Shown one piece after another: positions 61,717 through 64,000 of a stretch of 64,000 nt of DNA (position 1 is the stretch's first letter; every line of letters starts with the position of its first letter). Below the pieces are notes generated by a model. It was not told the DNA's origin and did no database searches. It was given only the letters and a program-made list of their open reading frames with translations. Location: the NCBI GenBank assembly GCA_002423615.1, contig DIKO01000049.1, positions 40,264 to 104,263 on the forward strand, written 5' to 3'. Both the position numbers and the translations under genes were made by a program. This stretch comes from Desulfobacteraceae bacterium UBA5616 (GTDB lineage Bacteria; Desulfobacterota; Desulfobacteria; Desulfobacterales; UBA5616).

Positions 61717-63648
61717 TCAGGCGACCTCCTTTTTCTCGATGGCGGCATTGGGGCAGATGGACCCGCAGACCCCGCATCCGATGCAGATGACGTCATTGAT
61801 TTCGGCCTTGCCTTTATCCTTGTTCCAGATGAGCCCGGGGCAACGGAAGATCCTTGTGCACAACCGGCCGCACCCGCAGCTTTCGCCCAGGCATTTTTCG
61901 GCCATCACCCGGACCTCGAATTTCTTTTTGGCTTTCTTCTCCGGACTGAGAGTACATATCTGTTTCAAAATCAAAACGTTAACACCATTTTCCTCAAGTA
62001 GTTCAAAAAGGGCGTTCCGGGTGGATTCGATGTCAAAGGGATCGCTGATTTTCACCTTGGCACCGATGGAGCGGCAAACGGCTTCAATGCTGATGGCCGG
62101 AACTTCCTGGCCCATGGCGCCTGTTTTAAGGCCGGGATGGGTTTGAAACCCGGTCATGGCGGTGCCGCTGTTGTCCAGAAGGACCATGGTGATATCCGAT
62201 TGATTATGAACGGCGTTGAACAGGGCCGGAAGCGCCGATGCAAAAAAGGTGGAATCTCCGCAAACGGAAAGAACGGGTTGGTCCATGCCGAACTGTTTGA
62301 GTTTCCCGAATCCGCTGGCTACGCCGGTTCCGGAACCCATGGCATGGAGGGTCTTGGATGCGGAGAATCCCGTGGGCAGCGTGGAGAGGGTGTAGCATCC
62401 GATGTCCCCGCAGACAAAACCCTGGCGGTTGTCCATTTTCAAGACGTTGTTGATGGTCCAGAAGGAGGCCCGGTGGGGGCATCCCGGGCAGAAGGTCAAT
62501 TCCCGGTTGGGGGCCCTGGTAACGATTTCCCGGCTTCTTTGCACATAATCATCCGGCTGGGGCTTGTACTCCAGCCCCAGCAGACCGGCAAGGGCCTGGG
62601 TGACGATGTCCGGGTTGAGTTCCCCCACCATGGGAAGTTTCCCGTCCCGCTTGCCCATGATGGTCTTTATCCCGATCCGGGGCGCCATTTCCTGGGCCAG
62701 GATTTTCAGGTTTTCCTCGGTAAAGGGAATGACTTCCTCAACCACGAAAAACCGGTCCGTCATGGAGAGGTATTTTTCGATCAGCTTCGGGGGCAGGGGC
62801 CAGGTGGTGGCGAGTTTCAGCAGCCCCACCCGGTCTCCGGCATCCAGGAGACCGATGGCTTCCCTGCAGTAAAAATTGCAGGCCGAAGAGGTGACCAGTA
62901 TCAGTTCAGGATGCTCGGGCCCCTGATAAGTGTTAAAAGGGGAATTTTCGAAACGTTCAACGGCTTTTTTCAACTTGGCATGCTGGAGACCGTGCTTGTA
63001 ATCCACCGGCGCACTGGTAATGATGCCTTCCATCTCATCAAGGATGAAGCCGTCATGCTTGAACCCGGCTTTTGGGTTGACCTGCGGCAATTCGCCGAAC
63101 TCCACATTACCGCTGGCATGGGAAAGGCGGGTCACGCTCCGGACAAACACCATGCTGTGGAGTTCCTCCGACAATTCAAAGGCCCACCGGGTTATGCCCT
63201 TGGCTTCCTGGAAATCTCCGGGTTCCAGAAGGGGGACTTCCAGAAGCCTGGCAAACTGGCGGGATTCCCCCTCGTTGATGCTGGAGAGTGCCCCGGGGTC
63301 ATCGCAGGGAACGATCACCATGCCCCCGCGGGTACCGGAAAGCGCCAGGTGAAGCAGAAAATCCGACCCCACGTTCACGCCGTTCTGCTTCATGGGGCAC
63401 ATTGCCCTCAAGCCGGCAAAGGAAGCCGCCGCCGCCACCTCCATGGAGACTTTTTCATTGGTCGACCATTCCACGTAAAGGTTTCTGTTCCCGGCGACCT
63501 TTGAAAGGCTTTCGATGATTTCGGAAGAAGGGGTTCCGGGATACCCGGCGCACACGCTGACCCCGGCTTCCAGGGCGCCCCGGGCAATGGCCTCGTTTCC
63601 CATGAGAAGATAACGTTTTCCAGGTTCTCCATTGGTTAGAATTGACAT
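61717..63648 (-). CDS. iorA: Indolepyruvate (aryl 2-oxoacid):ferredoxin oxidoreductase alpha subunit
   Basis: GNEAIARGALEAGVSVCAGYPGTPSSEI, the ThDP block GDSTFFASA, and C-terminal 2x[4Fe-4S] (CxxCxxC...CIGCGVCGSICP). Length 643 aa. Confidence 0.85.
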   Translation of the reverse strand: MSILTNGEPGKRYLLMGNEAIARGALEAGVSVCAGYPGTPSSEIIESLSKVAGNRNLYVEWSTNEKVSMEVAAAASFAGLRAMCPMKQNGVNVGSDFLLHLALSGTRGGMVIVPCDDPGALSSINEGESRQFARLLEVPLLEPGDFQEAKGITRWAFELSEELHSMVFVRSVTRLSHASGNVEFGELPQVNPKAGFKHDGFILDEMEGIITSAPVDYKHGLQHAKLKKAVERFENSPFNTYQGPEHPELILVTSSACNFYCREAIGLLDAGDRVGLLKLATTWPLPPKLIEKYLSMTDRFFVVEEVIPFTEENLKILAQEMAPRIGIKTIMGKRDGKLPMVGELNPDIVTQALAGLLGLEYKPQPDDYVQRSREIVTRAPNRELTFCPGCPHRASFWTINNVLKMDNRQGFVCGDIGCYTLSTLPTGFSASKTLHAMGSGTGVASGFGKLKQFGMDQPVLSVCGDSTFFASALPALFNAVHNQSDITMVLLDNSGTAMTGFQTHPGLKTGAMGQEVPAISIEAVCRSIGAKVKISDPFDIESTRNALFELLEENGVNVLILKQICTLSPEKKAKKKFEVRVMAEKCLGESCGCGRLCTRIFRCPGLIWNKDKGKAEINDVICIGCGVCGSICPNAAIEKKEVA

Positions 63649-63663
63649 GATTTACCCCTCCTT

Positions 63664-64000
63664 CTATGCAAGAATCCGTTCCACAACGGCTTTTTCGATT
63701 CTCATCATGGCCCGCTTTCCGTTTTCCGCGGTATTGAGCAACCCCTCTTCCATGGCCCCGGCAAGCGCCCTTTTTTTCTTGTTGGAGGCAGCGGCCGAAA
63801 GATGATCCAGGTTAACGGCCGGCATCTCCCGGATCGTCAGAAATCCCTGGGCAACGGCTTTATCCACAAGGTCTTGTCCGGTCCGGGTGCGGATAATCAG
63901 GGTGTTGAATTTGGGCTCACCCTCCAGGACCCCCACCGAAACATCGGCCCATTCGGAAGTCATGTCCGGACACAAGAGGCAGGTCCGGGGGACCAGAGGC
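63664..64000 (-). CDS. C-terminal part of an FrhB/FdhB-like (coenzyme F420 hydrogenase/dehydrogenase beta family) FeS flavoprotein, 5' end outside the window
   Basis: ...DVSVGVLEGEPKFNTLIIRTRTGQDLVDKAVAQGFL resembles the FrhB_FdhB C-terminal domain. The open frame continues to the window edge. Confidence 0.55.
   Translation of the reverse strand, partial: PLVPRTCLLCPDMTSEWADVSVGVLEGEPKFNTLIIRTRTGQDLVDKAVAQGFLTIREMPAVNLDHLSAAASNKKKRALAGAMEEGLLNTAENGKRAMMRIEKAVVERILA

Noticed and set aside
1-64000. Search for CRISPR arrays, tRNA/rRNA genes, IS elements, integrases, phage genes or long nucleotide-level repeats
   Set aside because: I saw no repeat-spacer periodicity, no cloverleaf-like conserved tRNA segments in the intergenic regions, and no transposase or integrase-like ORFs. 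The duplications present (DUF1329, EBPs, ACAD pairs, small orphans) are diverged protein-level paralogs, not recent DNA repeats.

Overview
This window looks like chromosome from an anaerobe, possibly Desulfobacterota-like; that taxon guess is inference from gene content only. No rRNA, tRNA, CRISPR array, transposase or integrase was recognised.

Layout:
- 1-7.7 kb: housekeeping genes (phoH fragment, cvpA, mazG, Nudix hydrolase, class II aldolase, TPR/PBP lipoprotein, waaA).
- About 8-52 kb: a dense catabolic supercluster that appears to be wired by sigma54.
- 52-64 kb: an APH-like kinase, an alkyl sulfatase, and a long minus-strand operon (iorAB, lutABC, a decayed ilvD, a larA-like gene), ending in a partial FrhB-like gene.

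The supercluster contains:
- three paralogous giant sigma54 enhancer-binding proteins (about 1040-1100 aa), each with an unrecognised N-terminal sensor region followed by GAF, AAA+ and HTH domains;
- four near-consensus -24/-12 promoters;
- two diverged copies of a divergent module pairing a secreted DUF1329 (LolA-like) protein with one of these activators;
- an operon of two CrtI/phytoene-desaturase-like flavoproteins plus two tandem small orphan paralogs;
- a KorAB 2-oxoacid:ferredoxin oxidoreductase with two flavoprotein/FeS partners;
- a small orphan ORF, an HMG-CoA-lyase-like protein and a long ThDP enzyme;
- an acyl-CoA ligase and a four-subunit ATP-dependent benzoyl-CoA-reductase / 2-hydroxyacyl-CoA-dehydratase-type enzyme;
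- a CoA-transferase-GNAT fusion;
- a thiolase/DUF35/crotonase/DinB-like operon;
- two paralogous two-gene acyl-CoA dehydrogenase pairs.

Three decayed genes mark module junctions: a HEPN/MNT toxin-antitoxin remnant, a thioesterase remnant, and an ilvD with an internal deletion plus a TGG-to-TGA change.

The most interesting candidate for an undescribed system is this sigma54-controlled set. I interpret it as an anaerobic hydrophobic or alicyclic substrate pathway; that function is inferred, not demonstrated.
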